A DNA stretch of 64,000 nt, taken from positions 1,860,775-1,924,774 of the forward strand of contig NC_068992.1 of assembly GCF_001194135.2 (NCBI RefSeq). Reading direction: 5' to 3'. The DNA is from Octopus bimaculoides. Its lineage: Eukaryota. The position numbers were made by a program, and so were the translations under genes. The notes under the pieces were generated by a model. That model did not search any database. It was given only the letters and a program-made list of their open reading frames with translations, and was not told the origin of the DNA. Shown piece after piece: positions 1 through 14,022 of this stretch. Each line of letters starts with the position of its first letter. Positions within the stretch are counted from its first letter, which is position 1.

Positions 1-78
1 AAAGAAATACCATGTTTTCTTTGTAATTTTGCTATTTGTGCAAGAAACAACTGAGCGAAGAAATATAGCAATAATATG

Positions 79-155
79 AATAACAACAACAACGACAACA
101 ACAACAACAACGACAACGACAACAAAAATAATAATAACAATAATAATAACAATAC

Positions 156-224
<69 letters not shown>

Positions 225-225
225 T
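79..225. repeat. Compound (AAC)n/(AAT)n microsatellite
   Basis: Visible trinucleotide array; explains the poly-Asn ORF 76..666. Confidence 0.95.
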
Positions 226-442
226 ACTGATAACAATAGTGATAATAGTATTTGTGATAGATGGCGTATTGGCTTTCCACCGATCATTCGACACGTACGT
301 ATGAATATAGTGAGCAACGAGCGTTTGATTAAATTCTATATCTCCACAAGTACAATGTTTCACTTGAATATACGACATGCATCTGTACTGAAAGTACTTC
401 TTCAGCGCTTTTATATGTATATATATATATATNNNNNNNNNN

Positions 443-487
<45 letters not shown>

Positions 488-625
488 CTTTCGTTTACTT
501 ATTGTTCTTTTTTTTTGTTTATTTTTTCTTCTGTATTTTTCTCCCTCTTCTGTCTGTCTGTTTGTATGTATGTTTGCGTACGTGCGTGTGTCAACACACG
601 TGCGGAGATTTGTGGATGTATACAG

Positions 626-664
<39 letters not shown>

Positions 665-1059
665 GATGTATATATAGATATATGATGTGTATATATGTAT
701 ATATATATATATNNNNNNNNNNNNNNNNNNNNNNNNNNNNNNNNNNNNNNNNNNNNNNNNNNNNNNNNNNNNNNNNNNNNNNNNNNNNNNNNNNNNNNNN
801 NNNNNNNNNNNNNNNNNNNNNNNNNNNNNNNNNNNNNNNNNNNNNNNNNNNNNNNNNNNNNNNNNNNNNNNNNNNNNNNNNNNNNNNNNNNNNNNNNNNN
901 NNNNNNNNNNNNNNNNNNNNNNNNNNNNNNNNNNNNNTCTAGGGGAGTGGGTTCTTTATTCTGTCTTTAGAAGGTTTACAAAAAAATTGACGTCGTTGTT
1001 GTGATATATAACCACACACACCATTATTGATTTTGTCTAATTGAATGGAGAATGAGATG

Positions 1060-1530
1060 TAGGAAGAAGACATTATGTAAATGAAGAGAGGAGGGTGAGA
1101 CAGAGAAAGAGAAAGAGAGAGAAAGAGAGAGAGAGAAGGAGAAGGAGAAGGAGATGGAGAGGGAGATGGAGAAGGAGAAGGAGGGGGAGTATGGGGGAGA
1201 GGAGAGATAAAGGGAAAGAGTGAGTGGGAGGAAATATTAACAACATGACATAACATGGAAGGATTGAAGGGGAGGAGGATGGGTGATAAGAATAGAGAAG
1301 AGTAGCAATGCAGGAAAAAAGAAGAAGAAAATGAAGAAGAGGAAGGAGAGGGAGGAGAAAAGTGAAAGGAGAAAAGGAAGAAGAGGAGAAGGGGTGAGGG
1401 AGAAGAAGAAGTGGTGGAGGAGGAAAGGAAGGGGAGGAGATGGATGAAGAGGAGAGGGATGACGAGGAGATGGATGACGAGGAGGGGGAGGAGGAGTAAG
1501 AAGAAATAAAGAAGAAGAAAAAGAAGAACA
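1060..1530. repeat. Polypurine low-complexity tract (GA/GGA/GAA)
   Basis: About 470 bp strongly dominated by A/G on the + strand. Confidence 0.9.
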
Positions 1531-2339
1531 ATGACAACGTTAGCATGAGCAACAATAACATCAATTTCTAAAAGAACAATAGGAAATGAAAGTTTCACCC
1601 GCTAAGAAAACACAGACACACAAAAAGACGATGATGATGATAAATAGAGGATAGGTAAGAGTGATTCTAGTATGTTTTAGTAGATAAGAAATAGGGGAGG
1701 AACACTACATGACGNNNNNNNNNNNNNNNNNNNNNNNNNNNNNNNNNNNNNNNNNNNNNNNNNNNNNNNNNNNNNNNNNNNNNNNNNNNNNNNNNNNNNN
1801 NNNNNNNNNNNNNNNNNNNNNNNNNNNNNNNNNNNNNNNNNNNNNNNNNNNNNNNNNNNNNNNNNNNNNNNNNNNNNNNNNNNNNNNNNNNNNNNNNNNN
1901 NNNNNNNNNNNNNNNNNNNNNNNNNNNNNNNNNNNNNNNNNNNNNNNNNNNNNNNNNNNNNNNNNNNNNNNNNNNNNNNNNNNNNNNNNNNNNNNNNNNN
2001 NNNNNNNNNNNNNNNNNNNNNNTATATATATACATATTCGAGCATACACGTTGCAATATATTGTTTAAAGTCCGTCCACGTTATTCGGATACCTGATGAC
2101 AAAATAGCAAGTATAAAACGAAGTGTTTTTTGAAGATCACCTGTGGAGACGCATCTACATCTGTCATGGATGACAATTGCTTGTACAGTATCTGACCTGT
2201 GGGATACCGGTCAATGGTGGATCGAAATGATCGTAGAATTTCTGAATAAAGTGTGTCCCGAATTGCATTTTCTGTCTCTCCTATTTATTTTGTTTTACTT
2301 ATATACAGATATATAATGTAAGTAGTGTTAAACTCCAAG

Positions 2340-2560
2340 CCGTGTACTTTTAAAGTTCCCCTGCTTGTTCCTGTATATCTCCCATCTAGGTCGTCCTATA
2401 GGACGCCCCTTTTTAGCGGTTTCGGTTGTGCATAATATGGGAGTCACAAGGCGCATCCACATGTGGTCATACAATTTCCATCTAAGAACATTAGGGTCAC
2501 ATCCATTGTCTTGTATTTAAGATCTTCTGCATGACATGTGATTTGTTAGGTTCTGCCAAT
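2340..2560 (-). mobile_element. Possible decayed RTE-type LINE 3' coding remnant
   Basis: Minus-strand reading RWKLYDHM...KGRPIGRPRWE weakly resembles the RTE C-terminal RxxWxGHV...GKRxRGRPRxRW pattern. Confidence 0.25.
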
Positions 2561-2844
2561 AACTAAATCCACGCCCAGCTGCCGAGGCCTCCATTTATTG
2601 TTATTAAGGTTTGTCTGTCTCCTACCCTTCGACCTATGTGGTCTGGTAAGACCTACCTGGAGATTTCTCTCCCTTCAGTATGACCCGATAATGGGGTAGA
2701 AGGATTAACAGGTCTAAGAGGAGATAAATGCTAGGGAATGTAGTGGAGAATAGAAATATCAATGAACAAGACCATACAGATTGAATATTATCATATGACA
2801 GTAAGAAGGGAGTGGAGTAAGAGATTTAGAAACATGTGAAGAGG

Positions 2845-3012
2845 AATTTGGTGGTGGTGGTCGTGGTGGTGGTGGTGGTGGTGACGACGATGACGACCAA
2901 GATGATAAAAACAGAGGAAAGAGATTTAGATGAAAGTAGCGCAAAACCTCCACCAAAGGCAGCAGCAGCAGCAGCGACAGTAGTATAATGTAATAGCATC
3001 AGCGGTAGGAGC

Positions 3013-3054
<42 letters not shown>

Positions 3055-3106
3055 TGGAGGGGGGGAAGAAGGTGGAGGTGGCATACCAGCAGCATCAATA
3101 GTAGTG

Positions 3107-3137
<31 letters not shown>

Positions 3138-3200
3138 AAGGAGTAGTAGTAGTAGTAGTAGTAGTAGTAGCAGTAGTAGTAGCAGTACTAGTAGTATTAA
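2845..3200. repeat. Compound (GGT)n/(CAG)n/(AGT)n microsatellites
   Basis: Visible trinucleotide arrays. Confidence 0.9.
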
Positions 3201-3761
3201 GTTAGTATGATTAGGTGGATAAAGAGGAAGAATAATAAAGGACGAAGTGAGAGAAAAGTGTGAAAAGAAAGAGTGAGACGCACAGAGAAGAGAGAAAGAG
3301 AGAATCGACGACGAAGCTGTTTTGAAAAGTGAAATGGATCAGAGGAGGAGGAAGATGAGAGAAACGAAGTTAACATTCAAATACGCGGAAGTTAGATATA
3401 TTGAAAAACACAAAAAATGGATAAATCATTTCACATATCCTGCAGTTTCTCACGTATTTTTCCAATTGACGTTTTGTATTCCACTGGTTTTGCTTTCTAG
3501 TTTCATTCCTCTACTGTTTTGGGGTTTGAAAGCTGAAGATCAGCGGGCCTTATATAATAGAGAAACACTCTCTTGACATTTTCATATCTCTTTCTGTTTT
3601 GTCTAGTTTTGTTTGTTCAACATTTACCTTTACGTGGTCATGTTGACACAAGCTTTTATTTTATGTTCGGATGTATTCGTTCATGTATGGATCTAGTGTC
3701 ATCTACAATAAACGAATAAGGTCACATTCTTAGAAATTATTAATAAACACACACAAACATG

Positions 3762-3793
<32 letters not shown>

Positions 3794-4276
3794 CATACGC
3801 ACACTGATTCATATATGTGGGCGTTCGTGTGGATGTATTTCGGCGATGGCACGCGCTTCTACATACATAGGTATGTTTGTGCATATGCGATAATTCTACA
3901 TATGAATGCATACATGAATATATGTGTGTGCATGCATCTGTATAAATATATATATATATATANNNNNNNNNNNNNNNNNNNNNNNNNNNNNNNNNNNNNN
4001 NNNNNNNNNNNNNNNNNNNNNNNNNNNNNNNNNNNNNNNNNNNNNNNNNNNNNNNNNNNNNNNNNNNNNNNNNNNNNNNNNNNNNNNNNNNNNNNNNNNN
4101 NNNNNNNNNNNNNNNNNNNNNNNNNNNNNNNNNNNNNNNNNNNNNNNNNNNNNNNNNNNNNNNNNNNNNNNNNNNNNNNNNNNNNNNNNNNNNNNNNNNN
4201 NNNNNNNNNNNNNNNNNNNNNNNNNNNNNNNNNNNNNNNNNNNNNNNNNNNNNNNNNNNNNNNNNNNNNNNNNNNN

Positions 4277-4311
<35 letters not shown>

Positions 4312-5364
4312 ACATAACAACGTACTCATATTTCAAGATTTAATTTGATTTCAGCGAGCGATACTTAAACATATAAATTCTCTGAATATTCAAAAATTTG
4401 TAAATATTTTTCACATTTGTTTTCTACTTCATAGTTTATAGTCTAAAGTCTGCCGTTTGTGTTATTTATTTAACCATGTGCGAAAATATTTTCCTGTGGA
4501 TTGTTGCAAGTCATGGAATGGACTTTGCACGTTTTATTTATTTATTTTTTTTGCTTTCTTTCTTCTTTAACTAATATTTTACGTATCGATATTTTTGTAA
4601 ATATGTTGTAGAAATCGTTGATTTATATGTTCTTCATCATTGAATATTGTTTCCGTTTGGAAATTGTAGGGCAGTTTGTTGGTTGATGGTTATCATCTTG
4701 TCCTGAGCCGAATTTTTAATACCATTGTAAGTTACTTGGTCTATCTAGTCGGAAACAAGATGGCGGTTTGCAACACATTCTCTCACTGGGGAACTGAGCA
4801 CTAACAAACTTTGTTATTATGTTTGCATCCATTAATAATGAGGAAATGTCGAATAACTCGATTTACTTACAAAAGAAGCAAGAATATTGCACAAAATAGA
4901 GCTGCTTCATTCAAATCTGGATGTCAACTCAACATGAACCCCAGGAAAATTTACATTTATAAACATACTTTCATAACTAACTTTAGACAAAACCAAATTG
5001 ATTATCTAGGAATTATTACTAATCCTTTTATGTAGAGCCTGAATGTAATTCTATAATTTTAGCTTTGAATTATTTCTTGTTCAATGCTGTCGAATTTCTG
5101 ATGACAAACTAGAAAAAAAAATCGAAATTGTGATTTTAAATAGTTTGTCCATTTAAAAGGCTTCCTTTACTATAGATATATTCAGTTTAAATACTAAGAG
5201 TTGTTGAAAGAATTAGAAACTTCTTAATATCAGATTTATTTTATTTTTAGGAAAATTCATTTTACACATCATTTTCGGTATATTTGAGTAATTTAAAGAA
5301 ATTGTGATTGTCTTTCTCGGTTAAATCTAAATGAATAATAATTTAATATTGATTTTAAATTGTG

Positions 5365-5530
5365 TCATGAGGCCACAGCAGCTATCGGGAGAAGGAGCAA
5401 GTCGATTAAACCGGCTCCAGTACTCAACTGGTACTTATTTTATCGACCACGAAAGGAAGAAAGGCAAAGTCGAACCACGGTCGAATTTAAACTCAGATCG
5501 CAAACATGAACGCAACGCTGCTAAGCAGTT
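5365..5530 (-). mobile_element. SINE family A copy (tRNA-like head; Meta/MESC-like central motif gtcgactttgcctttcatcctttcggggtcgataaaataagtacc)
   Basis: Reverse complement matches the central motif shared by more than 10 copies in the window. Confidence 0.8.
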
Positions 5531-5559
5531 AGAAGATGCACCCGACCCCCAGCATACTT

Positions 5560-7130
5560 CGGTAACTCGTTGCATTCCGAAGTTACCTTACAATAGCTTA
5601 GTAGTGTGTTGCCATATATGTCGGACTGCTTGCAAATATACTTGCGACAAAGTTCCGACTTCCCTTCCGTTTAACTTCATGTACAACGACAACATTTGCG
5701 AGATCTTTGTAGAGAGCTGCTTTTACAAGCCAGCGATTGCTTTCAATATACTGCAAGCGAAAAGACTTGACTCTGGCGCATTGTTTTGCAGAAAACTGTA
5801 GGATTAAACAGTGTCGTGTCTGAGATACAATATATTGCTCGACTTAGTTTTCTTCATCTCCCGTAAGACTAAAAACATATCGCTTTTCTGTCGTCACAGT
5901 TGATTCAGTATATTGAGATGCCATCCAATTAAACCACTCGGAAGAAAGAAAAGAAACATGTCACAGCGTGTGACCTTATGCTTGCTGGGAGCAGCTTAAT
6001 ATTTTACTATTAACTGATTATACTCTGCTAAGAACTTCACCTGGTTGATATTTTCCTTGTCATTACCAAGTATCCATTATAACAAATTTATGGTACGTAT
6101 GCAAGTTATACCTCCCGCGGCGATTGCCATCTGCCCTGTTGTCAAGATATAATCCAACAGAAATATGTCCTGGTATGGTGCCAGCATCAGTTTCTTTTTG
6201 AGCAACCAGGAATAATTGTTAGTAATTGCTATTTGCTGATATAATAAGAAGAATGAAGCGAACGGAAATTAACAATATCAAGATTATTTTCTTCCATTAT
6301 AATCCAGCCAATTTGAATCGTGAAAAAAAAACGTCTGTAAACTGAAAGGCGAATGTTTTGGTTCGCCAAAAATATCTATAAATAACTCCGTTTCTTCAGT
6401 GAGCGGAAAAGCCTCTTGAAACTGTGCCATTGTTTGTCATCATATTACACGTATGATGACATTGTAGAAAGCGCCCAATGCTTTTTCACAAGTATTATTT
6501 TCTCTGGTGGATTAAATATGAAGAGTTTATGTAGCTCATCACGTAAATTAGGTAAATAGAGCAATGGATTAGCTGAAGTTGACAACTTGACACCGAGCAA
6601 CATAGGTGCCCTCCCTGAACATTAGTACGTTAGAATTACGACACCTCATAACAACAAAGCCTCAACTTTGACAGATTACAATGACAGCTACTTCTAGACC
6701 TCTATCAGTAGCCTTCTTCTACTTTGACGATTAGTTTCTATATAAATTATTAGCTGTGGCATTTACTCCGGAGAAAATCACTGTGCACTTGACAATGCTA
6801 TAGTGTATCTTCTTCTAAACTATGTTCCTGTTGTTCTTGAGAGAACTGTAGTGGTACTGCTTTGTGTTTCGCAGCAGTTTATGACTGCTTACGTTCTCAC
6901 TACCGTTGTGAAAACTACTTTCAAACTGTTCCATTATTATTTTTCTATGTCAAAATGTCTTCTTGATAATCTTGAGAAAGTGTTTCTCGTGTTTGTCTTT
7001 GATAGATTCATTTAGTTATTTGAGTTTTTCCCCATCTCTTTCGTTCTTTCTCGATTTCGTTACAGGATGTCTGACTCTTGCTCCTTCTCTGTGAAATAGT
7101 TTGTGTTTCTCATTCACATTTCATCGTTTA
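5560..7130 (-). mobile_element. Decayed Helitron Rep/helicase N-terminal region (Helitron_like_N); stops and frameshifts
   Basis: Minus-strand peptides in expected order: DGNRRGRYNL (~6100-6130), FLPSGLIGWHLNI (~5905-5945), RLQYIESNRWLVKAALYKDLANVV (~5690-5765), SIFASSPTYMATHY*AIVR (~5590-5650). These resemble Helitron motifs RGRYN, FPxGxxGWH, RLxYIRxNQxxLRAxLYxGL and SSFxGSPRYM...AIVR. Confidence 0.72.
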
Positions 7131-7149
7131 TTGATAAAATATATTTTTG

Positions 7150-7800
7150 CTCGAACTGTAATCGCGACAGATTAAAAAAAAAAACGGAATCTAAGAAAAC
7201 TTTTTTGCTTTTCGTTGCTATTGCACAGAATATTGATATAATTTTTTTTTTTTTTTCGAAATAGTAAATTAGTGTTAAGAAAAGAAATTTTTCTACAAAT
7301 ATTTAATTTTAAAAACTGAATATTGATTATTTTCATATATTATTCTAAAATTTGAAATTATTTTAAATATGATTAATAAATATTATATGAACAATAAAGA
7401 ATTTGTTTTTGCATCACACATATAACAGCAATTAACTTTTTTGATATTTTATATCATTATTTTTGGTTGGTTGCATAAAAATTGTTTGAACAAAGTACAG
7501 TTGTTGTGAAAAACTACGAAATCTAAGTAAACGCCTTGCCGAGCATGTTGTGGTCGCTCGTACCAATAATACAGTCTCTTGGTGTTTATGACTTTAATAG
7601 TAAATTCGTGTTGAAAAAATGAAATTTTACTACAAATGTATATTTTATTCCATTTTCTTTTTGCCTGAGATAAAATTTGAAATATTCTAACAATAATTAA
7701 TAAACATTTGATGCATAATAAATTTCTTGTATCATAAATATGACAAATATTTCTTTTGTCATTTTTTGTTCCAATATTATTTACGCATATTTAATATAAA
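7150..7800. repeat. Degenerate tandem duplication, unit about 325-336 bp
   Basis: atagtaaattagtgtt (7261) vs atagtaaattcgtgtt (7597); aaaatttgaaat (7347 vs 7672); aatctaag (~7190 vs ~7520). Confidence 0.6.
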
Positions 7801-7949
7801 ATTGAGTTGTACTTTAAATACTCAAGGTTCCATTTTCTTTGTCACTGAGTTTCTTTAACGCTGATTTAAAGGAAAGTTTGCTGCTATTTCTAGCAGCTCG
7901 AGTATCTACAGACTTTTAAAAAATAGCTATTTAACTTGTGAATATTATT

Positions 7950-8203
7950 TTATTCTTTTACTTGTTTCAGTAATTTGACTGTGTCCATGCTGGAGCACGG
8001 CCTTTGGTCGAGCGAATCGACCCCTGGACTTATTCTTTGCAAGCCTAGTAATTATCCAATCGGTATCTTTTGCCGAACCACTATGTTACGGGGACGTAAA
8101 TACACCAGCATAGGTTGTGAAGCGAAGTTCGGGAGGCAAACACATACATATACACACACATACATATATACATATACACATATATATACGACGGGCTTCT
8201 TTC
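7950..8203 (-). mobile_element. SINE family B, 3' half (tail ...ccagcatggccgcagtcaaatgactgaaacaagtaaaaga)
   Basis: Reverse-complement homology to the 3' half of the full copy at 16194-16594. Confidence 0.85.
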
Positions 8204-9931
8204 AGTAGTATATATATATATACTACTTGCTTCTTTGATTTTTCCCGAAGACATTTGGCCATGGTGGCAATGCAATACACAGGACTGGACGGATGGATTC
8301 TTAGGGCTCTCAGAATAAGAGAGGAAGAAACCATGTATAGCTTGTAAATGTGGCTGTTTGTGTAGTTGATGTCGTAAGTGAGAAGGCCACTGCATATTTG
8401 AGAGGGTCATTTTGCAACCTTCCGCAAAAGGATCTGAGTCAAAATCTTTTTATACATAAGCAAAAAGGTAAATGATCACATTCTGTGGATCATATTTCGT
8501 AAATTTCACAACTGTTGTATATCAGGAAATATTTGAGTGAGAAATCATACAAACTACAGAATTTTCTGATTTACCCGCAGGTAATTTTGTATAAAATGTT
8601 TTAGTCAACTCAGAAATATGCAGTTTCAAGTTTTAACAGGAACTGCATTAATTATATCAAAATACTTTTTATACCAGAAGCATCTCCTCACTTGACAGAA
8701 GGTCTTAATATATCTAACGCATTTTTATTACCATTTATTCTTCTAATCTTAACGTCCTTCTTATACTTTTCTTTTTATCACAGTTTGTTGCAATAATTGG
8801 AAATAAAATTTTCACAGCTGTGTATCTCTCCATAAACAGAATATGAATTTCCCTAACGTTACACATAGAATATGTAAAATTAATTCAATGTTATCTGTAT
8901 TTTGTGTCTACAAGCGGCAAAATGGCAGAGTTGTTTGTATTTGCTTCAATTCTCTGCGCTCTTGGTTGAAATTCAACTGCAGTGAATTGCTAATTTTTCA
9001 TCACATCGGTGCTCGAAAGAAATTCACCATTGTAAGTTGATGGGTTGACAAAAAAGAAACATCGACGGATCATACGCGTAGGTTAATTGTTCCGTTTCTG
9101 TGAGTTTTGATTTCAAATAACACCATGATTCTTTATAAATATAAATTTAATCTCATACCATCACTTAGCACCATGAGTGGCCAGAGGAAGAGGGCAAAAA
9201 CTTTAAGTATAAGCTTTAATTCCCCTCCTGACTTAAAGACAAAAAATGAAATTGAAACTCATCTTGTACTGAATTTGTGACGGACGGCCATAACAAACAT
9301 AACACATGTTATAACACGGATCGAGCACGAGGCTAGCAACAGGCAATTGTTTCTGTTCCATAATATTTATTATAAACTTGATGCGGTTGCACGTAACAAT
9401 AATACAAGCTCTTGGCGTTTATGTCTTTAATAGTAGTTATTATGACATTAATAAACGCCAACTCTTAACTAAATCAACAGGAAATACGCAATGAAACGCC
9501 ATCCTTATCCTAGAAATTTAATCAATTCTGACACATCAACGAAAAATATGAATAATGACAGAGTTAGATTCTCCATGTACTCATAAGCTAAAATCTGTTC
9601 TTAAATACCATAAAACCAATAACATGAATATCGAACAAAATCAATAACGTTGTCTCTTCCCTCTTCTCATAAAATTTCTCTTTTTCACCTCACATAACAT
9701 TTTGAATTAGTAATACCGTCGGAGTGCACTCTCTTGTGTACCAATCTCTTAATCCTCTTCCCTAATAAATATTTCAATTATTAAAATACTGTTTCATCGT
9801 CTGAAATATCTGTTTTTCAAAAACCCTAAAAAGCGACTATTTTGTTTCTTCTTGGTTTTGAGTAATTTGGATTTTAACTTCTATCACATACAACAATGGG
9901 CACACAGCCAAATATTTCAAACGATATGCAG

Positions 9932-9964
<33 letters not shown>

Positions 9965-10469
9965 NNNNNNNNNNNNNNNNNNNNNNNNNNNNNNNNNNNN
10001 NNNNNNNNNNNNNNNNNNNNNNNNNNNNNNNNNNNNNNNNNNNNNNNNNNNNNNNNNNNNNNNNNNNNNNNNNNNNNNNNNNNNNNNNNNNNNNNNNNNN
10101 NNNNNNNNNNNNNNNNNNNNNNNNNNNNNNNNNNNNNNNNNNNNNNNNNNNNNNNNNNNNNNNNNNNNNNNNNNNNNNNNNNNNNNNNNNNNNNNNNNNN
10201 NNNNNNNNNNNNNNNNNNNNNNNNNNNNNNNNNNNNNNNNNNNNNNNNNNNNNNNNNNNNNNNNNNNNNNNNNNNNNNNNNNNNNNNNNNNNNNNNNNNN
10301 NNNNNNNNNNNNNNNNNNNNNNNNNNNNNNNNNNNNNNNNNNNNNNNNNNNNNNNNNNNNNNNNNNNNNNNNNNNNNNNNNNNNNNNNNNNNNNNNNNNN
10401 NNNNNNNNNNNNNNNNNNNNNNNNNNNNNNNNNNNNNNNNNNNNNNNNNNNNNNNNNNNNNNNNNNNNN

Positions 10470-10550
10470 TTCTTCTTCTACTCCTTCTTCTTCTTCTTCT
10501 TCTTCTTCTTCTTCTTCTTCTTCTTCTTCTTCTTCTTCTTCTTCTTCTTC
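10470..10550. repeat. (CTT)n microsatellite
   Basis: Visible array next to a gap. Confidence 0.95.
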
Positions 10551-11603
10551 AGCGCCCCTTTCTACGTGGCTTTTACCATAACCACAAGTTGACAAATACT
10601 TGTAAACGGTATGAGGCAGACGGATTGGCGACGGTTCAAATGTTATGGGGTGCATAATATATTTGTAAACCTAGAACTGGTTGGTCTGTAATTAAAGACA
10701 AAACATTGTTACCAACCGTGTCGCGTTGATTCTGCGGGAAGATTAGGATAAAGGTCGACATATCAGAGAAATACGCAGCCACTTACATGTTAAATGAGTG
10801 AGAAAGTAATTGAATAAACAAATGAATATTTAACGTGCACATCACCGGGAATCTATCCACGTGTGTGTGTGTTGAATGTGTATGCATATATACGTGTGCA
10901 TTGCGTTTTGTGCGTGTGTGAGTGTGTGTGTATGTGTGTATGTCTGTGCACGTGTGCGTATGTATGTATTTGTGTTTGAGTTTGTATGTGTATAAATATA
11001 TATAGAAAGATAGATATGCAGACAGACGGACAGAGAGACCGGTGAAAGACAGACACATATATGCATATATACATACATACGTATATATATATATATAAAT
11101 GCATGCAAGCATACATACATACATACATACATACATGCATCCATTTATACATAATTCTGGCGATGCAAACAAGAATTTGTTGATGCAAGCAGACTGAAAG
11201 CGAGAGTATTTATCGGTATTTTTTAAATAATAATCGATAGAAATTATAGACGCACTCGAGGGACAGTGGTTGTTTTGCGTTGGCACTTATAAAAGTGGTT
11301 TCAAATCATGGCGGCATATTGTTATACATGAATGAAAATGGTACATATCAAGATTGTTCTGGAACGAATTATTATCAAAACAGTTACAAAGCTACGTGAA
11401 TAGTGCATCCTATTTTCCAAATGGTTTCACTTCACACCGTTCAATAAATGAATGAATAAATAGATGCATAAATATTACGAAACTTTAAAGAATATATGCA
11501 TACATGCGCACACAATAACTATTCCGATGATTGTAAATTAAATTTATATATGTGCGTGTGTGTGTGTGTGTGTGTGTGACTGCTGTGTCAAATGACTAAA
11601 TAT

Positions 11604-11762
11604 ATACGACGGGCTTATTTCAGTCTCTGTCTACAATATCAAAAGGATTTGATCGGAAATTGGCTATAATAGAAGCCACTCTCCCAAGGTGCCACGCAGT
11701 GGGATTGAACTCGGAACCATATGGTTGGGAAGCAAGCTAAATACCAGACAGCCACGCCTGCA
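11604..11762 (-). mobile_element. SINE family B, 5' half (tRNA head plus CORE-like domain gcaccttgggcaagtgtcttctactatagcc)
   Basis: Homologous to 12290-12456, 16194-16350 and 46937-47070. Confidence 0.85.
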
Positions 11763-12289
11763 CGTATACATGCATATATATNNNNNNNNNNNNNNNNNNN
11801 NNNNNNNNNNNNNNNNNNNNNNNNNNNNNNNNNNNNNNNNNNNNNNNNNNNNNNNNNNNNNNNNNNNNNNNNNNNNNNNNNNNNNNNNNNNNNNNNNNNN
11901 NNNNNNNNNNNNNNNNNNNNNNNNNNNNNNNNNNNNNNNNNNNNNNNNNNNNNNNNNNNNNNNNNNNNNNNNNNNNNNNNNNNNNNNNNNNNNNNNNNNN
12001 NNNNNNNNNNNNNNNNNNNNNNNNNNNNNNNNNNNNNNNNNNNNNNNNNNNNNNNNNNNNNNNNNNNNNNNNNNNNNNNNNNNNNNNNNNNNNNNNNNNN
12101 NNNNNNNNNNNNNNNNNNNNNNNNNNNNNNNNNNNNNNNNNNNNNNNNNNNNNNNNNNNNNNNNNNNNNNNNNNNNNNNNNNNNNNNNNNNNNNNNNNNN
12201 NNNNNNNNNNNNNNNNNNNNNNNNNNNNNNNNNNNNNNNNNNNNNNNNNNNNNNNNNNNNNNNNNNATATATATACACATATATACATA

Positions 12290-12456
12290 TATACGATGTG
12301 CTTCTTTCAGTTTCCCTGTACCAAATCCACCCAAAAGGATTTGGTCGGCCCGAGGCTATAGTAGAAGACACTTGCCCAAATTGCCATGTAGTGGGGCTGA
12401 ACCCGGAACCATATGGCTCGTAAGCAAGCTACGTACCACACAGCCACTCCTACGCC
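12290..12456 (-). mobile_element. SINE family B, 5' half
   Basis: Reverse complement aggcgtaggagtggctgtgtggtacgtagcttgct...gggttcagccccact...ttgggcaagtgtcttctactatagcc; A/B-box-like head. Confidence 0.9.
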
Positions 12457-13872
12457 TATATATATATACATATATATTATATATGTGTGCGTGTGTGCGC
12501 GCATGTGTATGTAATTGTGTGTGTGTGTGTGTGTATTCGCACATGCATATTAGTTTTCTTGATCGCCCTATAAACTCTTTGACTTTGCTCTCTGTAGTTA
12601 ACATTCCATTCCCGTCAACTTGAGATTAGTTGACATTTGTGTATATTTGTGCGACTAACATTATGCAAATACATAGTAACATGATGTATTAATTAGAGCT
12701 TCACATGACAGCCATGGGTACCTGATAATGGTGACTTATATTTCAGTCTCTTGTGCAACCAATAGGTATTTACTATAGAGTAACAGCTTACCGTCTGTCT
12801 ATACAGAAAAAAATACATCAGCCATTTTGTAGTGAAAGAATATGCTGTTCTGACAGTGTTCTGTACACCTTTTTACAGGCGTTATCGTATTAACGAGTGC
12901 AAACGAACGTAGTCAAGACACCTCATTAGATTTCTTCTGACGCCACGTCTGTGTTTCAGACAAGATGTTGAAGAAGTGTAATTATGTTTACCATAGTTGC
13001 ACTTAACATTGACACATTAAAAGAAGTAAGAATGATTCATTACGAGACATGTCTGTTAAAATAAGTATAATGGATGTTAAAAACGTTAAGATCACAGACC
13101 TTGTATGTATATATTAAAATCAATCGTGTTTGTACCTCGCAATTTACAAAGCGACAGGTGGTTTATTGTTCGCTTGATAATGATTTCTAGCATATGCAAA
13201 AAGGCAACATTTTTCTTTGTTGAAAGGTCATTAGTTCATTAGTTAATATAATCGACCCCGGTTTTGACCGATAATTATTTAATCGACGCCAGAGGAATAA
13301 GAGCAATGTCTATGCAGCAAAATTATTCTAAAAACAAAGCCATTCAATTGAACACACTCAATAGATTCTCCTCCTATACCCTTCTCCTGGTTAAAATGCA
13401 AATTCAGACTAAGTTATGGTTACATACTTCATGTAACTTCAGATTGAAATTGTGTAGACAACCACATTATTATTATTATCAGTATTATCATTTCGCTAGC
13501 GAATGCTAATTTAGTTTCCAGCTATTTTATCTTGAGGTCTGAAAACAACAAATCGCACCATTCATCTAGGACTGGGTTTATGTTTATGTGCGGTGTATTC
13601 AAATGAATTTTATTATCATAGCAAGACCCTACTTTAATTACAATCAGTTCTCGCATTTTATTTTATGCAATATTATTTGATTCGAAGGTAAAAATAAAAA
13701 TGGTTCACACAGAAAAAAAAAACAAGAAATAAAATTTAGATTTTGTTTAGAGTTTGTGGTGAAAGAAACGGTGAGTGGACGAGAGAGAAAATGTATCTGT
13801 GTGTGCATGCGTGTGTGTGTGTGTTTGTGTGTGTACATGTTTATATGGAAGTGAATGCGTGGCGTTCAATTA

Positions 13873-13922
<50 letters not shown>

Positions 13923-13970
13923 ATGTATGTATGCATGTATGTATGTATGTGTGTGTATATATATATATGT

Positions 13971-14022
<52 letters not shown>

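Noticed and set aside
5097-5140. ctgatga...gaaa spacing
   Set aside because: No stem II pairing or stem I.
5331-5801. 156-aa + strand ORF
   Set aside because: Antisense read-through of a SINE A copy and the Helitron remnant; the recognisable coding sense is the minus strand.
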